Shown here: positions 17,532-26,855 of the stretch, piece after piece
How positions within the stretch are numbered: position 1 is the stretch's first letter
Layout: every line of letters starts with the position of its first letter
NCBI GenBank assembly: GCA_041659405.1
Contig: JBAZYK010000004.1
Location: 1-32,000, forward strand
Length of the DNA stretch: 32,000 bases
Source of the DNA: Candidatus Altimarinota bacterium
Lineage (GTDB): Bacteria > Patescibacteriota > Gracilibacteria > UBA1369
Reading direction: 5' to 3'
Position numbers and translations under genes: made by a program
The notes under the pieces: generated by a model
What the model was told of the DNA's origin: nothing
Databases searched by the model: none
Seen by the model: only the letters and a program-made list of their open reading frames with translations

Positions 17532-18887
17532 ATGATCAATAAAATCGAAAAAACTCGTCAGGAAATTCTTAAAAAAGGCCAAAAAATTATCAATCTTTCT
17601 TCGGGGAATCCGGGAGAATTTGGCATTTTCTTTCCTGAAAAAATTCTTCAAAATGCATATGGCAAATTTCTAAAAAATCCCGCCTATCACCCCGAACCAA
17701 AAGGCGATTTAAAGGCCAGAAAAGCCATTGCCGGTTTTTATGCCAAACGAAATTTTAATGTTAATCCAGATCAGATTTTATTAACTTCCGGCACCAGCGA
17801 AAGTTATTTTGAAGTTTTTAAATTATTAAACCCGCACGATGCAATTTCGGAATCCTCCGGCCATGCTTGCACAAACTCCATTCCATGTGCCCCCGCGACC
17901 CGTTGTGAAATCTTGTTACCCAATCCTTCCTATCCACTTTTTGAAGAAATAGCCCGACTAGCCGAAGTCGATTTTTCCTTTTACAGACTGGATGAAAAGG
18001 CTGGCTGGCAAATTGACCTAAATGACCTGCGCGCAAAAATCCGTCCCGAAACCAGAGCGATTGTTTTGATTTCTCCAAGCAATCCAACCGGCGCGGTCCT
18101 TTCGGAAAAAACTTTGAAAGAAGTAATAAAAATCGCCGTCGAAAATAATCTGGCCATAATCAGCGACGAAGTTTTTTCGGAGTTCATGTTCGACCAAAAA
18201 GTTTTCCCAAGAGTCGCGCAAATCCATCAAAAAATGGCAGACAAAAGCGAAAAAGCAAGTAAGGCAAACAGCGCACTCACAAAAAAAAATATTCAAAATT
18301 CGTTTGAGAAAATCCAAAATCTGCGCATTTTTACACTCAGTGGGATTTCCAAAACCTACGCTTTGCCCGGATTAAAATTAGGCTGGATTGTGGTTACAGG
18401 AAGCCAAAACCAAAGCCACCATGGGCCCAATAATAATACCCATTTTTCGGAAACAGTTAACGAACTGGAACGCCTTGCCGATACTTTTTTGGCATGCAAT
18501 CAACTTACGCAAACCATGTTGCCGGACATAATTTCCAAAGGTGAATCTTTCATTAAAAAATATCGCAATCATCTCCAGAAAAATCGTGATCTGGCCATGA
18601 AAATTTTGGGCGGTTGTCCTAAAATTACTTTTCACAAATCCGAAGGTGGTATGTATCTTTTTGTCCGAATTGACGGCTTATTTAAAACAGAAAGAACCGC
18701 ACATGGGCCAAGGAAAAGACCGGTAACCGATGAAGAATTTGTGATCAAATTGCTCGAAAAACACAAAATTTTCGTCCACCCCGGTTATTTTTATGATTAT
18801 GATAACGGCCTTTATCTTCTGATCAGTTTTTTGATACCAAAAAAGGAGCTCGAAAAAAGTCTTAAAAGAATCATCGCAATTTTATAA
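17532..18887 (+). CDS. PLP-dependent aminotransferase class I/II
   Basis: NLSSGNPGEFG, LLTSGTSESYFEVFKLLNP, LISPSNPTGAVLSE, AIISDEVFSEFMFD, LSGISKTYALPGLKLGWIV. Confidence 0.9.
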   Translation: MINKIEKTRQEILKKGQKIINLSSGNPGEFGIFFPEKILQNAYGKFLKNPAYHPEPKGDLKARKAIAGFYAKRNFNVNPDQILLTSGTSESYFEVFKLLNPHDAISESSGHACTNSIPCAPATRCEILLPNPSYPLFEEIARLAEVDFSFYRLDEKAGWQIDLNDLRAKIRPETRAIVLISPSNPTGAVLSEKTLKEVIKIAVENNLAIISDEVFSEFMFDQKVFPRVAQIHQKMADKSEKASKANSALTKKNIQNSFEKIQNLRIFTLSGISKTYALPGLKLGWIVVTGSQNQSHHGPNNNTHFSETVNELERLADTFLACNQLTQTMLPDIISKGESFIKKYRNHLQKNRDLAMKILGGCPKITFHKSEGGMYLFVRIDGLFKTERTAHGPRKRPVTDEEFVIKLLEKHKIFVHPGYFYDYDNGLYLLISFLIPKKELEKSLKRIIAIL

Positions 18888-18958
18888 AAATTTCAGAAGT
18901 AGTTTAGATTTCCTTCATCATTTTTTTCTATGATGTGGTTGTTTTTTAAATTATTTCA

Positions 18959-20698
18959 ATGGCTATCAAGATTTTTTCCTGTATTAATCAAGGGTTGGAA
19001 GGCAAATTAGTTGAAGTTGAAGCGGATATCCTACAGGGACTTTCTGCTTTTTCTATTGTAGGCCTTGGCGATATGGCGGTTCAAGAAGCCAAAGAACGCA
19101 TCAGGTCAGCAATAAAAAACAGCGGATTTAACTATCCACAAACCAAGAAAGTTATTAATCTTGCGCCTGCGCACGTGCGTAAACATGGGCCGCAATTTGA
19201 TTTGCCCATGGCGATTGGCCTGCTGGCAGCCTCAAAACAAATTCCCGAAAATATTTTGCAGGAAATGCATGGTCTTTTGATTGTAGGAGAATTGGCTTTA
19301 GATGGAGCAGTTCGACCAATAAATGGGATTTTAACCATGGCGATTTTTGCTAAAAAAAACGGCTGGTCAAAAATCATTATCCCTAAAGAAAATGTCGCGG
19401 AAGCATCGCTGGTTAGTGGCCTGGAAATTATTCCATTAAGTCATTTAAACCAAATACGGGATTTGGATTCCGCCAAAAATATTTTCAACAGTGCGACAGT
19501 TTTTAATATTTCGGAGCAGGAATTTAGTCAGGAACAAAGTGGCGGAAATGGAAACGGCTCTCACGAGCCATTTTTAGGGCAAGAATCTGTGCGTGCGCAC
19601 AGATTGAATCCAGACACCTTCACCGATTTTTCCGATATTGTCGGGCAGGAGATTGCCAAAAGAGCGCTCACTATTAGTGCGGCAGGCAAGCACCATTGTC
19701 TTCTAATCGGGCCGCCGGGCGTGGGCAAAACCTTACTTGCAAAAGCTTTTCCGGGCATTTTACCGCCACTTTCAGAAGGCGAAATGTTGGAAGTGATGCA
19801 GATTTATTCCAGTGCCGGACTTTTGCAACACGCACAAAATTCACAAAAAAGTGTGCTCATGACGCAAAGGCCTTTTAGGCAGATTCATTCAAGTTCTTCA
19901 TTGTTGGCCTTAACCGGCGGAGGAATCCAATTAAAACCCGGTGAAATTTCACTCGCTCATCATGGAGTTTTATTTTTGGATGAAATCGCCGAGTTTCCAC
20001 GTTCGCATCTTGAATCGCTGCGACAACCATTGGAAGAAAAGGAAATTTACGTATCGCGCTCCTCCGGAACGGTTAAGTATCCAGCCAATTTTACGCTTAT
20101 TGCAGGCATGAACCCCTGCCCCTGCGGCTACTATGGTGATCCTGAGAAAAGCTGTATTTGTCCGGCAAATCAGGTAATTCGCTATCAAAAAAAACTTTCC
20201 GGACCACTGCGGGATCGAATTGATTTGGTAATAGAAGTTCCTCGGCAGTCCATCTCGAAATTTCAGGAAGCGGATAATGTTGAAACAAAAAATGCTCAAA
20301 GTTTATCTCAAAATTCGGCCGCAATTAAAGAGAAAATTATCAACGCTCGGCTTATTCAAGCCAAAAGATTCAGTGCAGATCCAAATGAGCTCTTCGATCC
20401 GCGCCAACAGTCCACCTCCACTTCATCTCCCAATCCACACTTCAACTCAAACGGTGAAGTTCCTTCTAGCAGCCGCACCAATAGCGAAATGACTCCTCCG
20501 GAAATAAAAAAATATTGTCCCATTAATAAAGAATGTCAGGATTTATTAAAGCTGGCTAACGAAAAATTCAATTTTTCCGGCCGCAATTATCACCAAATAC
20601 TCAAAACCGCCCGCACAATCGCGGACCTGGAAAATCACGAAAACATTCAACTGGAAGACCTAAGTGAAGCACTGCAGCTAAGGCACCGCAACCGCTAA
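18959..20698 (+). CDS. comM: Mg-chelatase-like AAA+ ATPase, YifB/ComM family
   Basis: N-terminal GLPG-like region (GLSAFSIVGLGDMAVQEAKERIRSAI), FSDIVGQEIAKRAL, LLIGPPGVGKTLLAKAFPGILP, GVLFLDEIAEFPR, MNPCPCGYYG. Confidence 0.93.
   Translation: MAIKIFSCINQGLEGKLVEVEADILQGLSAFSIVGLGDMAVQEAKERIRSAIKNSGFNYPQTKKVINLAPAHVRKHGPQFDLPMAIGLLAASKQIPENILQEMHGLLIVGELALDGAVRPINGILTMAIFAKKNGWSKIIIPKENVAEASLVSGLEIIPLSHLNQIRDLDSAKNIFNSATVFNISEQEFSQEQSGGNGNGSHEPFLGQESVRAHRLNPDTFTDFSDIVGQEIAKRALTISAAGKHHCLLIGPPGVGKTLLAKAFPGILPPLSEGEMLEVMQIYSSAGLLQHAQNSQKSVLMTQRPFRQIHSSSSLLALTGGGIQLKPGEISLAHHGVLFLDEIAEFPRSHLESLRQPLEEKEIYVSRSSGTVKYPANFTLIAGMNPCPCGYYGDPEKSCICPANQVIRYQKKLSGPLRDRIDLVIEVPRQSISKFQEADNVETKNAQSLSQNSAAIKEKIINARLIQAKRFSADPNELFDPRQQSTSTSSPNPHFNSNGEVPSSSRTNSEMTPPEIKKYCPINKECQDLLKLANEKFNFSGRNYHQILKTARTIADLENHENIQLEDLSEALQLRHRNR
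19552..19611 (+). repeat. 60-nt palindromic element copy A, in frame within the comM-like gene
   Basis: AAACGGCTCTCACGAGCCATTTTTAGGGCAAGAATCTGTGCGTGCGCACAGATTGAATCC; encodes NGSHEPFLGQESVRAHRLN. Confidence 0.85.
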
Positions 20699-20767
20699 GC
20701 TCAACTTTCCGGCAGAGTAACTCATTGAGCCCCCTAAGTATCCATAATGTCAAAAAATATTCTTAGT

Positions 20768-20796
20768 TTACCTAATTACCCAAAAAAGACTATAAT
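20768..20796 (+). promoter_or_regulatory. Sigma70-like promoter TTACCT - 17 bp - TATAAT upstream of murA
   Basis: TTACCT 20768-20773, TATAAT 20791-20796; ATG 20863. Confidence 0.5.
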
Positions 20797-20862
20797 AGCC
20801 CCCGCCATGCACAAAGTGCCTATTTTTATGAGGCCACGGGCCGAGTGCGAAGCGAGCTCAAT

Positions 20863-22164
20863 ATGATTAAAAAAATCCAAAAATTAGTAGTCCAGGGGCA
20901 AAAAAAGCTAAACGGCCACGTGCGCGTTAGTGGATCCAAAAACGCCGCTTTGCCAATTTTGTGCGCCGCCCTTTTGACCGATGAAATTTCCACGATTTCC
21001 AATGTCCCCGATATTGCCGACATTCACACGCTTTTAAATATTCTTGGAGAGCTAAACGTAAAAACAACTTTTCAAAATCATACTGTTACAATTGATCCTT
21101 CCGGGCTCAAACTAAATACAATCAACGAAAAATCCATTTGCAGCATGAGGGCTTCCATTCTTTTGCTTGGGCCTTTAATGAGCCGTTTTCCGGAAGTGAA
21201 TTTACCTTTTCCGGGAGGGTGCGTACTTGGTAAACGTTCCGCCGCGGCCCATACACATGTTTTGAAAACCCTTGGTGCGGAAATCTTAAACGAAACTCAA
21301 ACCCTGCACATTAAAGCCAAAAAACTCCAGCCGGCAACAATTATTATGCCCGAACAAAGCGTTACCGCCACCGAAAATGCGGTAATGATAGCTTCACTTA
21401 TCCCTGGAAAAACTGTAATTAAACTTGCAGCCGCAGAGCCACACGTTCAGGATTTATGCCATTTCCTCAACAAAATGGGATCCAAAATTAGTGGAATTGG
21501 AACTTCTGAACTCGTAATTGAAGGCCAGACAAAACTTCATGCAGCAACCCACGAAATCACCGGCGATTATCTTGAAGCCGGAACTTTTGCGATTGCCGCG
21601 CTTTTAACCAATGGAGAAGTCACAGTTGAAGGAATTGATCCGGGCCAACTCGACAGCTTTTGGCAAAAACTTGATGAAGTTGGTGCAAATTATGAGTTAG
21701 CCAATGGAACAAACAAATTTGCCGGCTTTAAAATTTTGCCAAACAATAAACCTTTTCAGTCCATTCCAATGTTAAGGACGGCAGTTTACCCAAGCTTCGC
21801 GACCGATCTGCAAGCCCCATTTGCCGTATTACTTACCCAGGCTCAAGGCCAAAGCAAAATTTTTGAAACACTGTTTGAAGGCCGCCTGAATTATCTTTTT
21901 GAACTCGAAAAAATGGGTGCCAAAATCGAAATGCTTAATCCGCATCAGGCCATTATTAAAGGCCCAACAACATTAAAAGGCGTTCCAATTGCCAGTTGCG
22001 ACATTCGTGCCGGAGCCGCCATGGTTTTAGCTGCGCTCTGTGCTCAAGGCCCCACCGAAATTTCCAATATTAATTACATCGATCGCGGTTACGAAAAATT
22101 GGACGAAAAACTGCGCAGTCTTGGAGCAGAAATTACACGAGTAGATGCGCAGGTCGGTGCATAA
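20863..22164 (+). CDS. murA: UDP-N-acetylglucosamine 1-carboxyvinyltransferase
   Basis: GSKNAALPILCAALLTDE, MRASILLLGPLMSR, PFPGGCVLGKR, LRTAVYPSFATDLQAP, DIRAGAAMVLAAL. Track ORF begins with GTG at 20845; ATG 20863 preferred. Confidence 0.94.
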   Translation: MIKKIQKLVVQGQKKLNGHVRVSGSKNAALPILCAALLTDEISTISNVPDIADIHTLLNILGELNVKTTFQNHTVTIDPSGLKLNTINEKSICSMRASILLLGPLMSRFPEVNLPFPGGCVLGKRSAAAHTHVLKTLGAEILNETQTLHIKAKKLQPATIIMPEQSVTATENAVMIASLIPGKTVIKLAAAEPHVQDLCHFLNKMGSKISGIGTSELVIEGQTKLHAATHEITGDYLEAGTFAIAALLTNGEVTVEGIDPGQLDSFWQKLDEVGANYELANGTNKFAGFKILPNNKPFQSIPMLRTAVYPSFATDLQAPFAVLLTQAQGQSKIFETLFEGRLNYLFELEKMGAKIEMLNPHQAIIKGPTTLKGVPIASCDIRAGAAMVLAALCAQGPTEISNINYIDRGYEKLDEKLRSLGAEITRVDAQVGA

Positions 22165-22220
22165 AGCGAGGCCTGCTATCTTGCCAATCCACCTCGAAAA
22201 TGTGCCCTCCGTCGCTGCGA

Positions 22221-23231
22221 TCACTTCCCCAAAGTCCGCACCTGCAAATCATTTCCATCGCTTACCGCTTCAATCATTCCATCCAAATCCGTTCTCAGGA
22301 TTTCGATTTTTCGTGCCATCAGGTGTTCAATTGTTTCAGCATGGGGATGCTTAAATTTATTTTGCAGACCATCAGAAATGGATGCATACAAAGGTTTCAT
22401 GCGATCAAGTAAAGCTTCACTGCTGCTTGTTTTACTTCCATGATGCCCAACTTTCAAAAAATCCGCGCGTAGATCAAGTCGCAGCGCATTGTTAGAACCA
22501 GGCTGCAGCCCGGCATTTGAACCAGGCCTTAGCTCATCATCTGGCCCAATCCGCGCAGCCAATATCTTCTCTTCTTCCTGAAGTTCCGCGTCTCCCGTAA
22601 AATAAAAAACTTTTTGCCCATAAATAAGCCTAAAAACAATTGAGCCATTGTTGTGATTTTCAAAAGTTTTCCCCTGTAAAGATTGCAGCGGAAAAATCAT
22701 ATCAAAAAACAGGTTCCCCAGGCGGTAATCAGCAGAGCCATTATTGGCGGAATTTTGCTTTCCCATCACTGAATTCAGGTCCTGCGCGCCGTTTGTGCCA
22801 ACATTCCGCGCCCCCGCAAATACAACCGGAATTTTTTGCTGATTTATTTGCTCCAAAAAAGCCAAATAACCGGCAAACTTATATAAAACTCCCGTCATCA
22901 TTACCTGTTTTACATCATAACGTTTTAAAACTTCCACCAGACCATTTACATGATCAGCATGCGGATGCGACAAGATCATTAAATCAATTCGCCTCTCATA
23001 AAATGGCATTACCCGGTCAATTTGAGCCACAACGGCAGCATCCGGCCCGCCATCAACCAAAATAAATTCACCGGTTGGCGCACGAATCAAAATTGAATCA
23101 CCCTGCCCGACATCCAAAACATACACATGTAATCGTCCATCCGGAAGCGACAAAAGGCAGGCCCCAAGCAGCAAACCAGCTATCATAACCGCCCCAAATA
23201 TCCAATAATAAAGCCTGGAAAAGTTTTTCAT
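22221..23231 (-). CDS. ComEC/Rec2-like metallo-beta-lactamase-fold hydrolase, exported or lipoprotein-like
   Basis: VYVLDVGQGDSILIRAPTGEFILVDGG, LSHPHADHVNGL, FYFTGDAE, FLKVGHHGSKTSS; N-terminal LLLGAC possible lipobox. Confidence 0.9.
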   Translation of the reverse strand: MKNFSRLYYWIFGAVMIAGLLLGACLLSLPDGRLHVYVLDVGQGDSILIRAPTGEFILVDGGPDAAVVAQIDRVMPFYERRIDLMILSHPHADHVNGLVEVLKRYDVKQVMMTGVLYKFAGYLAFLEQINQQKIPVVFAGARNVGTNGAQDLNSVMGKQNSANNGSADYRLGNLFFDMIFPLQSLQGKTFENHNNGSIVFRLIYGQKVFYFTGDAELQEEEKILAARIGPDDELRPGSNAGLQPGSNNALRLDLRADFLKVGHHGSKTSSSEALLDRMKPLYASISDGLQNKFKHPHAETIEHLMARKIEILRTDLDGMIEAVSDGNDLQVRTLGK

Positions 23232-23422
23232 TTGAATTCAATATGATGAGAACGACATTTTCATGAGCAAACTATGCGATCTAAAAGTTACGCGAACTTC
23301 ATTGGCATAGTCGCGAATCTTTTAATTGAAAATACATGCCAGGCATTAAATTTTTCTAAACCGAATATGAAAAATAAATAAAATTTATCGGTTAGGCATG
23401 GAAAAATTTTGTAACGAATCAT

Positions 23423-23515
23423 GTAATATCTCATCATACAATGAGGAAAAAATCGCGTAATATTACATCATAAAATGAGGAGCAAAATCATGTAATACTA
23501 CGTCACGAAATTGCT
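23423..23515. repeat. Short intergenic tandem repeat, period 34-35 bp, two full units and a degenerate third
   Basis: GTAATATCTCATCATACAATGAGGA..., GTAATATTACATCATAAAATGAGGA..., GTAATACTACGTCACGAAAT... starting at 23423, 23457 and 23492. Confidence 0.65.
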
Positions 23516-23873
23516 GGATCGCAACGGTCGTTTTTGGTCTATTTATAGCGCTAAACCGGTGTAATATTACACTGCACTTTTCGGCTAATTTCAAGATGAA
23601 AAATTCGATTTTTTGCACTGCATTTGCTAGAGTTTTGGTGAACATGGATGTGGAAGAAAATATGTTCCGGCAATCTTCCTAAAAAGATTGTCACCCACTG
23701 GACGAACAATCTTCGCATCCGTTAATAATATTTTTTTGATCGGCTTTTCACGGGAAGTCCCAGCGGAAAAGTCGTAGAATACCCCTTTGGTTATTGACGC
23801 TCATCGCCTGGATGAGCAGTAATGTTTGGCCTTGTTCAAGCGACATTACGCCTATTCTTTAACCGATTTTTTT

Positions 23874-24941
23874 ATGATCGCAGAAAATAAAAATTCACCA
23901 AACGGGCTGGACAGAGAACAATTGGATTTCACCAAAATTGACGACGTGCAATTGTTTGCAATGTGCAAAAGATTTGGAGAGCAAGCCAGAATCTGGCGGC
24001 AGAAATTTGCGGGTCTGTTGCCAGAAGTGCTCAAAAGACGCTTGTACGAGCGCAAAGGTTTCGAATCAATCTTCGTATTTGCAAAAAAACTGGCAGGCAT
24101 GAGCGAAGAACAAGTTCGTCGCGTGCTCAATTTGGAGCAAAAATTTGAAGATAAACCGGTTCTTAAAAATTTATTATTGAATGGCGAAATCAGCGCAAAT
24201 AAACTCGCAAGAATCGCTTCAATTGCAACACCGGAAAATCAGGAATTCTTGGCGAATCAAAGCAAAATACTTTCGAATCGTGCACTTGAGACTTTGGTGA
24301 AAGATGAAAAATTCGCCCAAGAAACACTAAATCGCGACTTGCAAAACTTACCCGACCCAAAGAGTCAAAACGGCTCACAAGAGCCATTATTTGAACAGAA
24401 ATCTGTGCACGTGCACACAAATTCAACAGGTATTTTTGAAGACGTCAAACTGCTCCAAAAATTTTCTCCGGAACTTAAAACAAAACTAAAAGAGCTCGAT
24501 GAAAAAGGTCTCGACATCAACCAAATTCTGCTCGAACTTCTGCAAAAACGCGATGAAGAAATCGCAATGGAAAAAGAACAACTCGGTGAAGCTATAGTCG
24601 CAAAACAGCTAGCTGAAGAGGCTTTGGCCAAGCAAGCGGAAGATCAGGCTGCCAACGCCCAGGGAAATATTGTGAAAAAATCCATCGAACTTTCTGCAAA
24701 AAAGCCATCCAGCTACATCAACGTGGCAACAAAAAATCTCCTCAAAAAAGAATTTGGTGATAAATGTTCAATTCCCGGTTGCAACAATCTTGCAAAACCG
24801 ACTCATCACACGCAAAGATTTGGCCTAAGCCATAATAACGATCCTCGTTTTCTGGCTCCGGTCTGTGAACAACATCACGAAATTGCGCATTCCATCGACC
24901 AAAAATATCAATACAGACGTGCCAGGGCTATCGAGCTGTAG
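23874..24941 (+). CDS. HNH-motif protein with long helical N-terminal region
   Basis: C-terminus CSIPGCNNLAKPTHHTQRFGLSHNNDPRFLAPVCEQHHEIAHSID. Track ORF starts with TTG at 23826; ATG 23874 preferred. Confidence 0.7.
   Translation: MIAENKNSPNGLDREQLDFTKIDDVQLFAMCKRFGEQARIWRQKFAGLLPEVLKRRLYERKGFESIFVFAKKLAGMSEEQVRRVLNLEQKFEDKPVLKNLLLNGEISANKLARIASIATPENQEFLANQSKILSNRALETLVKDEKFAQETLNRDLQNLPDPKSQNGSQEPLFEQKSVHVHTNSTGIFEDVKLLQKFSPELKTKLKELDEKGLDINQILLELLQKRDEEIAMEKEQLGEAIVAKQLAEEALAKQAEDQAANAQGNIVKKSIELSAKKPSSYINVATKNLLKKEFGDKCSIPGCNNLAKPTHHTQRFGLSHNNDPRFLAPVCEQHHEIAHSIDQKYQYRRARAIEL
24368..24427 (+). repeat. 60-nt palindromic element copy B, in frame within the HNH gene
   Basis: AAACGGCTCACAAGAGCCATTATTTGAACAGAAATCTGTGCACGTGCACACAAATTCAAC; encodes NGSQEPLFEQKSVHVHTNS. 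Confidence 0.88.
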
Positions 24942-24950
24942 GACCCCACC

Positions 24951-24979
24951 AAAAAAATCATTTTAGTTTTTGCTAAAAT
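24951..24979 (-). terminator. Candidate minus-strand terminator: 7-bp stem followed by a T-tract
   Basis: ATTTTAG (24960-24966) / CTAAAAT (24973-24979); A7 at 24951-24957 reads as T7 on the minus strand. Confidence 0.4.
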
Positions 24980-25319
24980 TTGCGCAGCCCGCACTTGCCT
25001 GCCGAGCCTTTGTCACAGCGCATAAGCCATAGTAGCCGCATGTCATCCGCTGGGATCACGTGTGCCCCCGCCCTTATCCCGACTATTCACCCCACCCTTC
25101 GCACCTCGCCCGCGCACCAAAAAGGCCCTCTGCATTGGCACTTTGTTGTTCCCCTGCAGAAGACCTTATTGGAAGTTTTTCTTTCCCGCTTAAGCTTTTA
25201 CTTACGCGGACCATTTATAAGTTTATGTGCACCTCTTTCCATTTTCGCGGAGCTTTATGTGCCAGTAGGCCAAATCTTTTTGCTGACCCACGGCCCCATG
25301 CCGGCGCGCCCCTGCCCCT

Positions 25320-26855
25320 TTATTTCTTTGCCACCCTCTTTTTTCTCTTCATAATCTTGCCTGCTACAAACGATCCAAACAGGACTAATCCAATTTCCGG
25401 ACCGGTAGCTGGCAAAGTAAATGTAGTCACAACACCCTGGCTTTCATTGCCGGTTTTGTCGCGAGCGGCCAATTTAAACCAGTATTTTACCTTTGGTAAG
25501 ATGTTTGTTACATCAAAAGTTTTTGCATCCGGGCTAACCAAAATTCCTTTGCCATAAGCCACGCCATCGGTGCTCATATAAAGAACATAACTGGCCAAAT
25601 CACCAAGAGTATTTGCGCTGCCTTTCCAAGATAGTGTGACAACCAATTTCTTCAGCATTTCCACCAATAAATTAGTTACATCTTCCGGAGCGGTTGTGTC
25701 TGCGCCTTGTGCATTAACTCCGGCAGCAGTTGTACTTCCCGTAAACTCGGCAGCATTTGAAGTCAAATCAAGCTTGTTACCATCTTTATCCTTAACATCA
25801 ATCGCCATAAGGCTGTATTTTACGGCATTTTGAGCCGCAGTTGTCAGAGTCGCAGTTGTTAAATCGGCGCTCAAATCAACCTTACTTATATCCAAAGTAT
25901 TTTCAGTTTTTTGCTTTTCGGTAATAATAAAATTTTCACGTGGATCAGTATTTAAAACCACCGGTTTAGAGAAAACAACCTGTAAATGTGTTGAATCCTG
26001 GGCGGTTACAGTGCTCACTTTAAGGGCATCTGCAGCCGGATGCGCAACTTCTTGAGTAACCGGTTCGGCACCACTTCCTGTAAATAAAGCTGTATCGGAA
26101 GTCCCGCTAATGATTGGATTTCCGGCAATATCCTTAATGGTACTGGAAGCCGTTAATACATAAGCAGTAGTTGCAGTTTGATTATCGGTTGTTAATAAAA
26201 CGGTTTTATTTAACGCGTCATTGCTGTCTAAAACCGCATCGGTAACATTCAAAGCCACCGAAGTCGCATCTTCTTTAATTCCAAATGCACTTTCCGGATG
26301 AGTTGCAGGAACCTGAACTGCTTCCGAGAAAACCACAGAAACATGCGCTTTATCCACCGCTACCGCCTTTGCAACTTTTGGAGCAACCGCATCTGGTAAA
26401 GCTACGACCGCACTTGGAGTCGCGCTGCCTTCCAAACTATAACTGTTACTTTCGTTGCCGGCTGCGTCGTAAGCTGTTACGGAAAAGTAATAGGTTGTAC
26501 CATTTTTTAAGGTCTTAACCTGATAAGTGATTACGTTTTTAACATCAACCGGTCCATATGTATAAGAATCGCCATCACCTTTTACGGGCTTTAAACCATA
26601 ATAAACCTTATATCCGCTCACTCCAACATTGTCTGTAGCCACGTCCCAGGTCAATGTGGCCATGGAATCTCCGGCAACAGCTTTCACATTTTCCACATCG
26701 GATGGAACCTGTGTATCTGCCACCGCCACATTTTTGTCGGGGACAATATTGGTTGCATGTCCAACCGGCATAAATGCCAAAAGCAGCAACACTCCAAGTG
26801 GAGCGATTGTAGAAAACAAGTGTTTACCAACATTTAAAAGTGTCTTTTTTTTCAT
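25320..26855 (-). CDS. Secreted surface protein: signal peptide, FN3 domains, Ig-like domains, C-terminal LPATG sorting-like signal
   Basis: FN3-like VTWD...GYKVYYG...TTYYFSVTAYDAAGNES; Ig-like VVFSEAVQVP and VVFSKPVVLN; C-terminus LPATGPEIGLVLFGSFVAGKIMKRKKRVAKK. Confidence 0.8.
   Translation of the reverse strand: MKKKTLLNVGKHLFSTIAPLGVLLLLAFMPVGHATNIVPDKNVAVADTQVPSDVENVKAVAGDSMATLTWDVATDNVGVSGYKVYYGLKPVKGDGDSYTYGPVDVKNVITYQVKTLKNGTTYYFSVTAYDAAGNESNSYSLEGSATPSAVVALPDAVAPKVAKAVAVDKAHVSVVFSEAVQVPATHPESAFGIKEDATSVALNVTDAVLDSNDALNKTVLLTTDNQTATTAYVLTASSTIKDIAGNPIISGTSDTALFTGSGAEPVTQEVAHPAADALKVSTVTAQDSTHLQVVFSKPVVLNTDPRENFIITEKQKTENTLDISKVDLSADLTTATLTTAAQNAVKYSLMAIDVKDKDGNKLDLTSNAAEFTGSTTAAGVNAQGADTTAPEDVTNLLVEMLKKLVVTLSWKGSANTLGDLASYVLYMSTDGVAYGKGILVSPDAKTFDVTNILPKVKYWFKLAARDKTGNESQGVVTTFTLPATGPEIGLVLFGSFVAGKIMKRKKRVAKK

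Noticed and set aside
22027-22412. Track ORFs overlapping the 3' ends of murA and the ComEC-like gene
   Set aside because: Antisense or out-of-frame to strongly supported CDSs with low-complexity translations.
23423-23515. CRISPR array
   Set aside because: Units are contiguous tandem copies with no unique spacers, and there are only two to three of them.
24960-25320. RNase P RNA, tmRNA or SRP RNA in the GC-rich gap
   Set aside because: Signature sequences I know for these RNAs were not found on either strand; an Rfam scan would be decisive.
24980-25354. Track ORF MRSPHLPAEPLSQ... on the plus strand
   Set aside because: Pro/Ser/Leu-rich with no domain-like pattern, overlaps the 3' end of a well-supported minus-strand gene, and is probably a product of GC-rich non-coding DNA.
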